Source: a virus
Taxonomy: Duplodnaviria; Caudoviricetes
Length of the DNA: 54,121 bases
IMG/VR virus record: IMGVR_UViG_3300042540_000560
Location: 1-54,121 of that record
Direction: 5' to 3' (one strand)
A program made the position numbers and the translations under genes. Below the pieces are notes generated by a model. The model ran no database searches. It saw nothing but the letters and a program-made list of their open reading frames with translations, and was not told the origin of the DNA. Shown here piece after piece: positions 1 through 9,228 of the stretch (position 1 is its first letter; each line of letters begins with the position of its first letter).

Positions 1-1
1 A

Positions 2-409
2 GAAATACTGGAGTACAAGGAAACCATTAGTGTTGACTTTATCGAGGTTGTTGATGCTTTACGTTTTACACAAGACCTTCTTGTGGAACGGTATGGCTAC
101 ACCAAAGGAACTATCTACTACCTTGGATGGGACAAGACTGATGATGGCATTGACGAAACTTACTATGTTCAGATTGATGAAAAAACAAAGACGGTGACTA
201 AAGTGGCTAGGCTAACTACTAAGTTTGATTGGAATACTGAAAATATGGGTACTTCATTAACCAAAGCTGTCAAAGCATTGATACAAGCGGCTAAGCCATT
301 CCTGGATGATAGTATGGTTCTTTTGACAAGTGCTGTGGCTGATGCACAGGACACGCTTGAAGCAGCGATTGAAGACGTTGAAAAAGTTTTGGACGAGGTG
401 ACGGAATGA
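2..409 (+). CDS. Hypothetical protein; N-terminus probably encoded at the other end of the window (GTG 54101)
   Basis: Frame of ORF 83..409 is open back to nt 2 (EILEYKETISVDF...) and joins 54101..54121 (MSNYKIE) in frame if the shared AGAA is merged. Confidence 0.7.
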   Translation, partial: EILEYKETISVDFIEVVDALRFTQDLLVERYGYTKGTIYYLGWDKTDDGIDETYYVQIDEKTKTVTKVARLTTKFDWNTENMGTSLTKAVKALIQAAKPFLDDSMVLLTSAVADAQDTLEAAIEDVEKVLDEVTE

Positions 410-606
410 ACGTAACAGAAGCAATCAAGCAGAAAATGGAAGAAGCAAAAGCTGAGTATTTTCGAGTGATCGATTTATACCGCAACAGAAAAGCATCGAT
501 CCAACGCATGACGTATCAACAGGGTATATATGATGGGCTTGAATTAGCATGGCGTGAATGCGTATTTAGAGAAATCGACGCCAGGGCCAATGAAATATCG
601 GAGTAA
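406..606 (+). CDS. Hypothetical protein
   Basis: 66 aa ORF, GAGGTG RBS, ATGA overlap with upstream gene. Confidence 0.7.
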   Translation: MNVTEAIKQKMEEAKAEYFRVIDLYRNRKASIQRMTYQQGIYDGLELAWRECVFREIDARANEISE

Positions 607-633
607 CCATTTCCTGGAGGAAGGAAAATAACA

Positions 634-762
634 ATGTATAGTATAGTTATCAATGAATTAGCTACACTAATACTGTATGTAGCTAATAATTTAGATGTAC
701 AGCATTGTATGCTTTACCTGGTGATAAGTATTGTGATTAACTATATAGGAGGTAAACAATGA
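634..762 (+). CDS. Small hypothetical protein (42 aa)
   Basis: Manual translation MYSIVINELATLILYVANN...; GGAGG/AAGGA upstream; ATGA overlap with 759 gene. Confidence 0.4.
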   Translation: MYSIVINELATLILYVANNLDVQHCMLYLVISIVINYIGGKQ

Positions 763-1175
763 TAACAATGACTAAAGTCTATTCAGTAAGAGTAATAGAT
801 GGTGATACTGTAGAGGCAATGATTGAAGTATGGGAAGGAACCTACATTAAGTCTTCAATACGTATACTTGGTGTAGATGCACCAGAGATAAAGACCAATG
901 TTGGTAAACTGGTTAAGAGAATGGTAGAACAATGGATACAGGGTAATTCGATTAGCATTGAGTACCATGAAAAAGATAAGTATAGTGGTAGGTTCTTAGG
1001 TGACATACTCAAAGGTCCTGAAAGACTATCCGAGTACTTACTAAGTTCTAAGTATGCTAGACCATACCAAGGTGGACTAAGACAAAGATGGTCAGACCAA
1101 GAACTACTAGACATTGAATCTAGGATACCAATGACAAGTACACCAAGTACTGAGCTAATCTACATTGGTAACTAA
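759..1175 (+). CDS. Thermonuclease (SNase/TNase family)
   Basis: RVIDGDTV, IRILGVDAPE, DKYSGRFLG motifs. Confidence 0.9.
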   Translation: MITMTKVYSVRVIDGDTVEAMIEVWEGTYIKSSIRILGVDAPEIKTNVGKLVKRMVEQWIQGNSISIEYHEKDKYSGRFLGDILKGPERLSEYLLSSKYARPYQGGLRQRWSDQELLDIESRIPMTSTPSTELIYIGN

Positions 1176-1420
1176 GTAGCATACAGTAACAATTAAATAA
1201 TGCTTAGTATCTACTAATTATTAAGCATTACTGTGGGTAGGTAAGGGTTAAGAAGATAAAGGTCTTACTCTAAAGGTTGAGAAGATTCTAAAGGGTCCCC
1301 ATGACCATGGCCTGTAGCTGCCATCACTTTGGGTATGCTCGATCATAGTCTGCATCAGCATTTTCATTGAGCAATCACGATCATAGTCTGACTCCATCAT
1401 AGTATTGTGCTGCTCTATCA

Positions 1421-1479
1421 TATGTCGATTTCGAGAACTACTTTGTGTATTCACTATGCTATGTCGATTTCGAGAACTA
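1421..1479. repeat. Direct repeat TATGTCGATTTCGAGAACTA x2 in the convergent intergenic region
   Basis: Copies at ~1421-1440 and ~1460-1479. Confidence 0.75.
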
Positions 1480-1490
1480 AGATGAGTAAA

Positions 1491-1528
1491 TAAAAAAACC
1501 CAGCATATCTTTTGATACACTGGGTCTT
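1491..1528 (-). terminator. Intrinsic terminator candidate
   Basis: ACCCAG...CTGGGT stem followed by a T run on the minus strand, downstream of 1580..2554. Confidence 0.55.
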
Positions 1529-1579
1529 ACTTTGTTCGCTGTTGTTGAACTGTATTCTAACTGTATCCCCTATCCCTAA

Positions 1580-2554
1580 CTAATCCCTATCACCAACATT
1601 GAATAGAGCGATACCTTGGTTGGGGATAACCTTATGGGAAACGTTCTCGATTCTACTTTTGTTGATAGAACAACGAACCAAGTCGCACAATAGAGCATAT
1701 CTTGCTTGACGGTTAAACTTGATACCTTCAATGTTCGTCCAAGCAGATTGAATTTTCGAGATACCTTTTGGGTCCAAGATAGTTAGAACCATGTTCTCGA
1801 TCACCTCGGAATAGTCTGGTAGGTCCTTCAAGGTATTACCTTTGATCGTCTCATCTAACATAGCACAGAGTAACATAGCACCATCAGCATCGACGTTGAA
1901 CTGGGGCACTAACTCTTTCACTAGTTCGACAATGCGTACTAAGGCATGTTTTGATTTCGCACTTTGAACCTTGGCATAGGTACCTAAAGCAAATTGAAAG
2001 AATGAGTGAGTGTCGATAACTTCCAAGATACTCTTGGTATCCTTCAAGGCTTTTCCATTCCAAGTCTTCCCACTAGCACCACCACCAACAACAGAAAGAC
2101 TTTGGGATCGAAGACACCCCAGAGTGAATAGTTGTTCCTTGAATTTCCCCCAACCATCCCCGCATGCCATTTCGAGAACTTGAGAGGGTTTCCGTTTCGA
2201 CTCCAAGGTATTGTAATGGTAGAACGAGAAGTCATCGTTGATGAGAAGCAGCACGCCGAGACTCTTGGGACCGTCCGGTCGGGATAGAATGGTTCTAATC
2301 GCTCGGTAAGTATTCCCTCCATCGCAGCAATCTCCCGAAGCAGAGTTGATTCTGATAGTTGCCACTGTCGGATCGTAGTTACCTTGATCGAATGCATCGA
2401 TGATCGCTTTCGTGGAAACCTGCTGGGGACGGTTATTTCTAATTTCTCCAGTCTCTTCCTCGTAACCAATAAGATCCCCCAATTGGACGATCGTATCCAT
2501 TGTGAGTTGAACTGGGGAAACTTTAGAACCAATAGACCATACGTTCTTAACCAT
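1580..2554 (-). CDS. Hypothetical protein with a possible degenerate ParB/DndB-like N-terminal domain
   Basis: NNRP...GNYDP...IRI...DGGNTYRAI resembles the NR...G.W...I...DGQHRL.A pattern. Confidence 0.6.
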   Translation of the reverse strand: MVKNVWSIGSKVSPVQLTMDTIVQLGDLIGYEEETGEIRNNRPQQVSTKAIIDAFDQGNYDPTVATIRINSASGDCCDGGNTYRAIRTILSRPDGPKSLGVLLLINDDFSFYHYNTLESKRKPSQVLEMACGDGWGKFKEQLFTLGCLRSQSLSVVGGGASGKTWNGKALKDTKSILEVIDTHSFFQFALGTYAKVQSAKSKHALVRIVELVKELVPQFNVDADGAMLLCAMLDETIKGNTLKDLPDYSEVIENMVLTILDPKGISKIQSAWTNIEGIKFNRQARYALLCDLVRCSINKSRIENVSHKVIPNQGIALFNVGDRD

Positions 2555-2629
2555 AATAGAACCTTAACCTTTTAACCTGCTGACACGTCCTGAAATAGGG
2601 GGACGCTTCCCTACGGCATTGTTGCCGAA

Positions 2630-2669
2630 GCCCCTTGAGAGAATCGAACTCTCATTAACCATTAGGGGA
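2630..2669 (-). ncRNA. tRNA minihelix-like element (acceptor-like stem plus T-arm only)
   Basis: Minus strand TCCCCT-AATGGTTAA-TGAGAG TTCGATT CTCTCA-AGGGGC; canonical T-loop, no D or anticodon arm. Confidence 0.5.
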
Positions 2670-2679
2670 AATCTTGAGA

Positions 2680-2910
2680 CTATCTATGCATTCTCCGATG
2701 CATAAAATTTGCTATTGCATCACTTCCGAAAGGCAGTCGTCGATACTTGACTGTAGGATATTGTTGGATTGTTAAACCGTTGTCTTGTTCAGCAACAACT
2801 AAGCCCCGAGAGATGAGGGTATTATACTCGTTCTCATTAGGGAACCTATCTACTAGGTAACAATACAAAGCAGGCAAATTTTTGGAGCGAAGCTTTTGGT
2901 AGTTGTTCAT
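2680..2910 (-). CDS. Hypothetical early protein
   Basis: Likely start MNNYQKL downstream of the promoter at 2977-3005. Confidence 0.55.
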   Translation of the reverse strand: MNNYQKLRSKNLPALYCYLVDRFPNENEYNTLISRGLVVAEQDNGLTIQQYPTVKYRRLPFGSDAIANFMHRRMHR

Positions 2911-2976
2911 TGTCTCGGTTCTATAGTGGCTGGACAGTGTAGGGAATAGTTTCCCCCGCCCCCTAAGGGGACACGA

Positions 2977-3036
2977 ATTAGACACCATATCGGCATTTCT
3001 TGCAAGTATAGTTTAGTTGAAATTCAAAATTATTTT
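2977..3036 (-). promoter_or_regulatory. Sigma70-like early promoter P1
   Basis: TTGCAA-17 nt (containing CCGATA)-TCTAAT with AT-rich UP element; paralogous to 9031-9090. Confidence 0.7.
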
Positions 3037-3137
3037 GGCATAAGTTTCGCTAATACTGGAGCATATGCGAATGCAACAACTCCACAAATACAAGAGTATA
3101 GGTACGATACAAATTAGGATAGATGAGCCTACCCGCA

Positions 3138-3212
3138 CTTGACTGCTCAAGCATAATGGTTCCATACCATAGCATCATCACTACGTACCAAGCACGCACT
3201 TGACTGGTCAAG
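3138..3212. promoter_or_regulatory. Two palindromic CTTGA-N4-TCAAG boxes (operator candidates)
   Basis: 3138-3151 and 3199-3212; same motif at 9199 and 9242. Confidence 0.6.
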
Positions 3213-3352
3213 CGACCCTTTTCCTGGAGGGAGGAGGATAGCTATACTCCATGAGAGTAAAGGATAGCTATGCTTCATGACAATAAAGGATAAACAAAAT
3301 AAGGGCATATAGCACTAGACTATATACCCTTATGCAATGTGGAATTTAATAA

Positions 3353-3628
3353 TTATTGGACTCGTATGACTAGGGACTTGGTTCTAAGTTGTAGCTGTTC
3401 AAGGGTAACGTCATTGTCTAGTAGTAACCATAGTATTTCTTGGTTGTTGACCAGTGATCGATTGTAAGGCATCCTCATTTTACGTACTGATTCATTGATA
3501 ACTAATTGACAATGCTTGAGTCGATACACAACTATGAAATCCTTTGGAAGTGGTAGTAAGACTGTGATATCGGATTCACTTGGTATGAATGAGAAGGGCC
3601 ATTCATACTCTGTTACTTTGTTTGACAT
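3353..3628 (-). CDS. Hypothetical protein
   Basis: 91 aa ORF coupled to upstream gene. Confidence 0.65.
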   Translation of the reverse strand: MSNKVTEYEWPFSFIPSESDITVLLPLPKDFIVVYRLKHCQLVINESVRKMRMPYNRSLVNNQEILWLLLDNDVTLEQLQLRTKSLVIRVQ

Positions 3629-4167
3629 TACAATGCTTTGTTGATGTCTTTGACTGTCTCCAAGTATTCGTAATGCTTTATCATGAAGTTGATTCTACTG
3701 AGTGCTTCAGCTACCCCTTCTTCATGGGAACAACTAGACCAACAAATGAATCCTTCAGTAGGTTTATAATCTAGTAAGTATTTATGGGCTAGGTAGTCAT
3801 CTTCGTATGGTTCTTGCTCGTTTAGCCAGTCCTCATCCATATTACTGGATGGCTGGAATAGCCATTCTGATTCGGTGCCAGTTATTTCTAATACAGTAGA
3901 TCCTGCGTACCATCCATTTTGATTGTAAGAACGTTCAGGATAATTAAGAGCTAAGGTGAATCCTAAGATGCAACCACAAGTGTTACAGTTATGTCTAGTC
4001 AACTCACTGTATTGAAGTTTATGTAGGTTACATAATTCTGAAGTTGATAGCACTTGTTTGTAATTGAAACCTGTTGGCTTTGTCCTTAGGATATACTTGT
4101 AATCGAAGTTCTCTTCAAAGTTATTGATTGCGTTGATTAGTTCTTTGAGTTTGTCTACGTTTGCCAT
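3628..4167 (-). CDS. Hypothetical protein
   Basis: 179 aa ORF, AAGGA RBS, CNTCGC motif. Confidence 0.75.
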   Translation of the reverse strand: MANVDKLKELINAINNFEENFDYKYILRTKPTGFNYKQVLSTSELCNLHKLQYSELTRHNCNTCGCILGFTLALNYPERSYNQNGWYAGSTVLEITGTESEWLFQPSSNMDEDWLNEQEPYEDDYLAHKYLLDYKPTEGFICWSSCSHEEGVAEALSRINFMIKHYEYLETVKDINKAL

Positions 4168-4185
4168 TTGATTGATCCTTTACAA

Positions 4186-4338
4186 TTACTTGAACAAGTC
4201 TTGGTAGTGTAGTTTGTTGATTACCTTACTTACGTTGCATCCTCTTACACCAGTCAATATGATTTCCCAGTTTAATCCAAATTGACTTTGATAGATGGAG
4301 TAAGTGTTGTCGTTTTGTTTTACAGCTTTGTATTGCAT
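4186..4338 (-). CDS. Small hypothetical protein (50 aa)
   Basis: Manual translation MQYKAVKQNDNTYSIY...; fills the gap in the operon. Confidence 0.5.
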   Translation of the reverse strand: MQYKAVKQNDNTYSIYQSQFGLNWEIILTGVRGCNVSKVINKLHYQDLFK

Positions 4339-4340
4339 GT

Positions 4341-4592
4341 TTAGAAGTATTTGACTGAGACTTTGATTTGTGAGTTAGCTTGTAAGGTTTTTGCTACAGC
4401 TTTCTCATGGCGATTCTTTAACCATGCTTTGTACTGGGACTCATACTTACGATATGGGGCACCTTTAACTTTGTCTTGGCAATGTTTGTGAGCATAGTCT
4501 CCTGATACTAGGAGCTTTGCTTGCCATGCTTGTACTGACAATCCACAGTACCAGCATTTGTGGTAGGTTTCATCGCACATGATATTATCCAA
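4341..4592 (-). CDS. Hypothetical protein, possible Zn ligand motif
   Basis: CxxC...HxxC; overlaps neighbour. Confidence 0.65.
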   Translation of the reverse strand: MDNIMCDETYHKCWYCGLSVQAWQAKLLVSGDYAHKHCQDKVKGAPYRKYESQYKAWLKNRHEKAVAKTLQANSQIKVSVKYF

Positions 4593-5037
4593 TGGTTAGG
4601 GAGATGTTGTTGCTGTCAGTGTAGATGTACTTACCATCTTGGAATGAGTAAGTGATTTGTTGGTTTACTGCATAATGGAATAGATCATGCAAGTAATCTT
4701 TGATTTGGTTACGGTCTTTGCCAGTTATACGTACTTCGATACCGAACCGTATGTCTGGGGTGATGATGCAAGTATGTTCTGTCCAGCCATCATAGTAACC
4801 ATGCTCGTCCATATGATGGAATGCAAACTCTAATACGATACGATTTGCAGTAGACTTCTCGATGTTAATAGTTGTGCCACAGTCAACACCACTACCATGT
4901 GGAAGGAAGTTTACAACCAGTTGGTCTAAAGTTTCTAATGCTAAGTTTTCTCTAACATCTAATTGATCTTGTTTTCTCCAATGGTTGTAACGATCAATGT
5001 TAGTTGCTAGAAAGTATGCTAGAGTTTGTTGAAACAT
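4585..5037 (-). CDS. Hypothetical phage protein
   Basis: 150 aa ORF, GGAG RBS. Confidence 0.8.
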   Translation of the reverse strand: MFQQTLAYFLATNIDRYNHWRKQDQLDVRENLALETLDQLVVNFLPHGSGVDCGTTINIEKSTANRIVLEFAFHHMDEHGYYDGWTEHTCIITPDIRFGIEVRITGKDRNQIKDYLHDLFHYAVNQQITYSFQDGKYIYTDSNNISLTIG

Positions 5038-5079
5038 GGTAGACTCCGTATGAACTGAAAGGGAAAGTAAGTGTATGGG

Positions 5080-5550
5080 TTACTTGAACATCATCAAGTA
5101 TGGAATGAGTTCGATGACTTGCAATGCTGATGTGTCCATAGGACGACCATTGCAATCAAACTGTAAATCGTCTTCGTCGTAATCTGCTATGTCTGGTTCT
5201 TCGACTAGACAAGCATCAGTTTCTTCTAGGAACTTTTCATAAGCATCCTCAAAGCTATCTGCTGGAACTAGATACATTGGTGGGAATGCACAGTCAGCAT
5301 TGAAACATAGATAGAAGTTGTAAGAGTTTTCTATTGTCTCTGGTGTTACAACAAACTTAGGACTAATGTGCTGGATTCGTTTGTCTTTAAGGAACGGTTC
5401 TAGCCTTGGGTCTGTCTCACAACCAATGGTTGTAAGGTGTTCTGATGCAACGTAATAAGTGATGTCTTTATTGATGTGGTCTGGTTTTACTGTGGTGAAG
5501 ATCATTGCTGATAACTTAGCTTCTAGCCATGCTGGAATGTCCATTGTCAC
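5080..5550 (-). CDS. Hypothetical protein
   Basis: 156 aa ORF in operon. Confidence 0.75.
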   Translation of the reverse strand: MTMDIPAWLEAKLSAMIFTTVKPDHINKDITYYVASEHLTTIGCETDPRLEPFLKDKRIQHISPKFVVTPETIENSYNFYLCFNADCAFPPMYLVPADSFEDAYEKFLEETDACLVEEPDIADYDEDDLQFDCNGRPMDTSALQVIELIPYLMMFK

Positions 5551-5690
5551 TAATCCTTATGAAATTCTACTGAGTACTCGAATCGAGATGGATCACGTTG
5601 TGATGGTGTAGCTTTGATAGCTACCTTACCAATAGCACTACACCCTGTTGTGAGTAGTAGTGCAATTATGATGATTGAAATCCGTTTCAT
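5550..5690 (-). CDS. Small lipoprotein (46 aa)
   Basis: MKRISIIIIALLLTTG-C lipobox-like signal; AAGGA RBS. Confidence 0.65.
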   Translation of the reverse strand: MKRISIIIIALLLTTGCSAIGKVAIKATPSQRDPSRFEYSVEFHKD

Positions 5691-5702
5691 GGTATGATGT
5701 CC

Positions 5703-5969
5703 TTAGTATTGTATTCCTTGATATGGGTAATACTCTTGAGAACAATGAGGACAAATATCAGGGGGCCAAACACCTGTTTTGTATGCGTGTATTGTTTTTT
5801 GTAAACATTTGTCAAAGTCCATCATAGCAAGTATATGACTACTTGGTACATTCTTTACTTTGTAAGTTACTCCTACTGGTTTACCAGACTCATGTTTAGT
5901 GATCGAAATACCGAAACTAACAATAGCATCCTCTTTTATCTTATAGTCACCAATTGTTATATTCATCAT
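5703..5969 (-). CDS. Hypothetical protein flanked by 19-bp direct repeats
   Basis: 88 aa ORF with C-terminal CPHC. Confidence 0.7.
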   Translation of the reverse strand: MMNITIGDYKIKEDAIVSFGISITKHESGKPVGVTYKVKNVPSSHILAMMDFDKCLQKTIHAYKTGVWPPDICPHCSQEYYPYQGIQY

Positions 5970-5981
5970 GGTATGATGTCC

Positions 5982-7472
5982 TTACTCTGCTAATGGGATG
6001 AGGGTCATTGAGTCTTTGCTACGTGTTAATGCTACGTACTCTAAGTTGGTTTCTTGGGCTTTCTCCCAGTCCAACTTAGCCATTGGATGGGGTAGGTTGG
6101 ATGTACCATAAACAATGGTGTTGTGGTGTTCTAATCCTTTGCTACTGTGGATGGAGGATAGCTTGATTGCATTGGGAGCAATGTCCTTGGCTTCTGGTTT
6201 CTTGAACTCAGAGTCTAGGAAGTTGTGTAAGTCTCGTACTGTCTTGAGAGTACTATCACCAGCAATCTCGATGAGACATACTTGGTAGTCTTGGAGGACT
6301 GCTTTGCTCATGGCAGTCTTGCTATTGTTGATAGCCTTCTCAAACTTAGCATTTACTAAGTCGTACCACTGAGTGTTGAGTGGTGAATCGTACTTGTAAG
6401 TTGCAAAGGACTTCATTGCATTAGCAATGCCTTCTGATGCGAAGAATACCACCTGTTGTGATAACTGTTTACGCATCTTCAAGTAGTGTCTGATGAGTGG
6501 AGCATTGGTACGACACATGATGAGGGTACCTTGCTCTGGTAGTTCCTCATATGAGAAACCATCTGCATTATTGATAGTGCCATCTGGACAGTCTGGTCTG
6601 TCTTGAATGTCTGGCACTAGGTTACGTGCCATATCCAAGTGACTGTGCGGACATCGCCAACAGACTGTCAATGGAAGTGCTGTTGCTGAAGTCTTTTCCT
6701 GGAAGAGGGAAAGAGAATTAGACATAGAACCATTGAAGGCATAGATTGCCTGTCTATCATCACCAACTGCAATGAGTCGTTGACCCCATTGTAAGGATAA
6801 GGCCATACGTATCGGGTTAAGGTCTTGAGCTTCGTCGATGAATAAGTACTCACAACCTTGGGCACCCCAATTATGGATGAAAGGTAGCCATTGCATGTCA
6901 TCAAAGGTGTATGCATAGCCATAACCAAACTTGCCCTTGACTTTCTCTGCTGAACGTTTCAGGAGTTCTAGGGCAGGTTCACACACTTCGTCTACTGATG
7001 TTTCGAGACTGATCCGGTCATCCTCAAGAGTCTTTTTAACTTCTAGGATGTCTGCATCTGGCTTGATTGCCATAGTCTTGAGCCAAGAAACTGATGTGAG
7101 GATGTCCTCTTGAAGTTTCCATTGTGCTGCTGTGCCTGGCTTCTGCCCTCTGAAGCATATGTCTTGGATGTACTGTTTGAGTTGGAAATTGCCTTTGTCC
7201 ATCCATGAACCCTTTGGCATCAGCTTGATACCATAGCTGTGAAAGGTAGATGCAGTACGTCCTGAGCCTAGCCTTGCTGCCATCTCATCTGCTGGTGCTT
7301 TGTTGAAGCATAGAATGACTGAGCCACGAGGAGCAATGGTCTCAATGGTGGATGACTTTCCTGTGCCTGCTCTGGCAACTACGATAAGGTTGTCATTGGT
7401 TTTAGTAAGACTGTCTTTGATGTTGGATTGTTCTTGAGTGAGCTTGAGTTTCTTAGCTTTGGTTGTAGTCAT
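5982..7472 (-). CDS. UvrD/Rep-like SF1 helicase
   Basis: ARAGTGKS, DEAQD, VGDDRQAIY, HSSKGLE, YVALTRSK. Confidence 0.92.
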   Translation of the reverse strand: MTTTKAKKLKLTQEQSNIKDSLTKTNDNLIVVARAGTGKSSTIETIAPRGSVILCFNKAPADEMAARLGSGRTASTFHSYGIKLMPKGSWMDKGNFQLKQYIQDICFRGQKPGTAAQWKLQEDILTSVSWLKTMAIKPDADILEVKKTLEDDRISLETSVDEVCEPALELLKRSAEKVKGKFGYGYAYTFDDMQWLPFIHNWGAQGCEYLFIDEAQDLNPIRMALSLQWGQRLIAVGDDRQAIYAFNGSMSNSLSLFQEKTSATALPLTVCWRCPHSHLDMARNLVPDIQDRPDCPDGTINNADGFSYEELPEQGTLIMCRTNAPLIRHYLKMRKQLSQQVVFFASEGIANAMKSFATYKYDSPLNTQWYDLVNAKFEKAINNSKTAMSKAVLQDYQVCLIEIAGDSTLKTVRDLHNFLDSEFKKPEAKDIAPNAIKLSSIHSSKGLEHHNTIVYGTSNLPHPMAKLDWEKAQETNLEYVALTRSKDSMTLIPLAE

Positions 7473-7502
7473 GGTATATACCTTTCTGCAATGCGGAATT
7501 TA

Positions 7503-7736
7503 TTAAGAGAGGACTGATAAGGCAATTGGACAAGTTAATGGTCTTGCTTGTGTTAGCCTTGGACCTTTGAATAGTTGGAATGCTGTATAGGTGGGCCTTC
7601 TAAAACCGTTGTAGGTTTTAGCGTCCCATATGAGATTATCTATGCTGCGTCGTCCATCAAGGATGACAACTGCTCTGTCACCACAACCAGGGATGAACTT
7701 ACCATCTTTGATTTCACCATACTCTACCCAAGTCAT
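7503..7736 (-). CDS. Hypothetical protein
   Basis: Likely start MTWVEYG coupled to upstream stop. Confidence 0.6.
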   Translation of the reverse strand: MTWVEYGEIKDGKFIPGCGDRAVVILDGRRSIDNLIWDAKTYNGFRRPTYTAFQLFKGPRLTQARPLTCPIALSVLS

Positions 7737-8011
7737 GTTACGTTTTCCTTGCTGTTGCAGTCTTTTAGTATTGCACAAAAATAGTCTATTGCTGCTGGTA
7801 AGGTTTTTGTGTAGTGTCCTTGAATCCATTCTCTCTGACCATTGATGTATTTGGAAACAACGTACTCATTTCCAAGTTGAACCAGTATGACATAGAGTTC
7901 AACATCAACATATCGTTCTGGTTCATTGATATGGAGCCTTCCATGAAGTAGTAAAGTTCCACGTGCTTTGTAATTCATATTGAATGCTACCATGATTACC
8001 TTTGACTCCAA
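7733..8011 (-). CDS. Hypothetical protein
   Basis: 92 aa ORF in tightly packed operon. Confidence 0.6.
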   Translation of the reverse strand: MESKVIMVAFNMNYKARGTLLLHGRLHINEPERYVDVELYVILVQLGNEYVVSKYINGQREWIQGHYTKTLPAAIDYFCAILKDCNSKENVT

Positions 8012-8355
8012 TGTGTGTGGAATGGAATGACCATGCCATCAGTGAATGACACGTTCATGTTGAGAATTATTGAACTGAAGTACCAATCAAAGTTCTTTTG
8101 GTAGATGCTACCTGTGCTGAACGCATGAATGATTGTGTTGAGTCTTGACTTGGTGGTGTTTGTATGCCAACCACATGATGACAATACTATTGTTTTGTTG
8201 TTGAAATTGATGGTTGCAATTTTGTTGTTGTGCAAGTACACATGGGTCTGGTCTCCTAAATCTCTACATGAAGTACGTATTACTTCAGTATTTCCTTTCT
8301 TAAAGTATCTGTTCTCAGTAATGGCACGAAGCATTTCTTGTTCGATTTTACGCAT
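7996..8355 (-). CDS. Hypothetical phage protein
   Basis: 119 aa, AAAGGA RBS, LHNNKIA...GW.T.TTKSRLN pattern. Confidence 0.8.
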   Translation of the reverse strand: MRKIEQEMLRAITENRYFKKGNTEVIRTSCRDLGDQTHVYLHNNKIATINFNNKTIVLSSCGWHTNTTKSRLNTIIHAFSTGSIYQKNFDWYFSSIILNMNVSFTDGMVIPFHTHWSQR

Positions 8356-8357
8356 TG

Positions 8358-8558
8358 TTAGTTTCCTTTTTGCAATGGAACAATTACCGCAATGGCAATG
8401 ACTCTTAATAACTCTGCTCTTACTTCCTCTATGGTGTAATCTGTTTTGAACTCATCCCATAGAGATGAAACACAGTATTCTAAACCGTGAACTAACACCC
8501 AAACAATCAAGTTTTTGAGTGTTCTGTTGTCATCAATGAGAAAACTTTGTATTGTCAT
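8358..8558 (-). CDS. Hypothetical protein
   Basis: Likely start MTIQSF after AGGAG RBS, coupled to upstream gene. Confidence 0.55.
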   Translation of the reverse strand: MTIQSFLIDDNRTLKNLIVWVLVHGLEYCVSSLWDEFKTDYTIEEVRAELLRVIAIAVIVPLQKGN

Positions 8559-8914
8559 ACTGAGACTCCTTGAAGTGAAGTGGAAACGGCATAGTCGAAT
8601 TGGGGTTTGACTGGTTGAGTTAATGGGTATCGCTCCAAGAACTCTACTAGGGCTTTCTTGGATGCATGGAAAGATGTTCCATATGCAATGATGTAGTTGC
8701 TCTTGAAGAAACAACGTACAAGAACTCCACTAACTACAGTGGATGGTGGCATCATGTGATTCCATTCATAGTAGGAATCTAATCGAATACAGAGCATCCT
8801 GGATTGGATGTTCTGTATCAAACATTGATCCATGTCGATTCGCTTATGAGGATACTTAGAAGTCTCAATAGCCCTTGCCGTGTAGACTGGCATAATTGTT
8901 GCCATACTTAACAC
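8555..8914 (-). CDS. Hypothetical early protein
   Basis: First ORF after promoter P2. Confidence 0.6.
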   Translation of the reverse strand: MLSMATIMPVYTARAIETSKYPHKRIDMDQCLIQNIQSRMLCIRLDSYYEWNHMMPPSTVVSGVLVRCFFKSNYIIAYGTSFHASKKALVEFLERYPLTQPVKPQFDYAVSTSLQGVSV

Positions 8915-9030
8915 TCCGTTAAATAAATTGTAACTAGCTAGAATATAGTTCTAGTGCAAATACTAGCTAGTTTAGTTGCACTAGGGGACACCCCCCTATG
9001 GGGGGGATGCAGTTCGATCGTCGAAACGTA

Positions 9031-9090
9031 ATTAGATACTATATCGGTCAGAACGTCAATTAGACTCTAGTTGAATTATAAAATTATTTT
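9031..9090 (-). promoter_or_regulatory. Sigma70-like early promoter P2
   Basis: TTGACG-17 nt (containing CCGATA)-TCTAAT with UP element AAAATAATTTT. Confidence 0.75.
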
Positions 9091-9118
9091 GAACGATACC
9101 GATAGAACTAGGAAGCAG

Positions 9119-9186
9119 GTGCGTGCGTATGCACGTGTATATGGGCACGTATACGTGTACCTATGCACGTGTATAGTGTGTATATG
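9119..9186. repeat. Alternating purine-pyrimidine tract with CACGT palindromes
   Basis: GTGCGTGCGTATGCACGTGTATATGGGCACGTATACGTGTACCTATGCACGTGTATAGTGTGTATATG. Confidence 0.6.
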
Positions 9187-9228
9187 AAGAGACCTACGCT
9201 TGAGCGTTCAAGCTACTAGGTGTTAAAT

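Noticed and set aside
1248-1520. 90-aa ORF with SSRNRH repeat
   Set aside because: Product of the DNA direct repeat; spans a terminator and has no RBS
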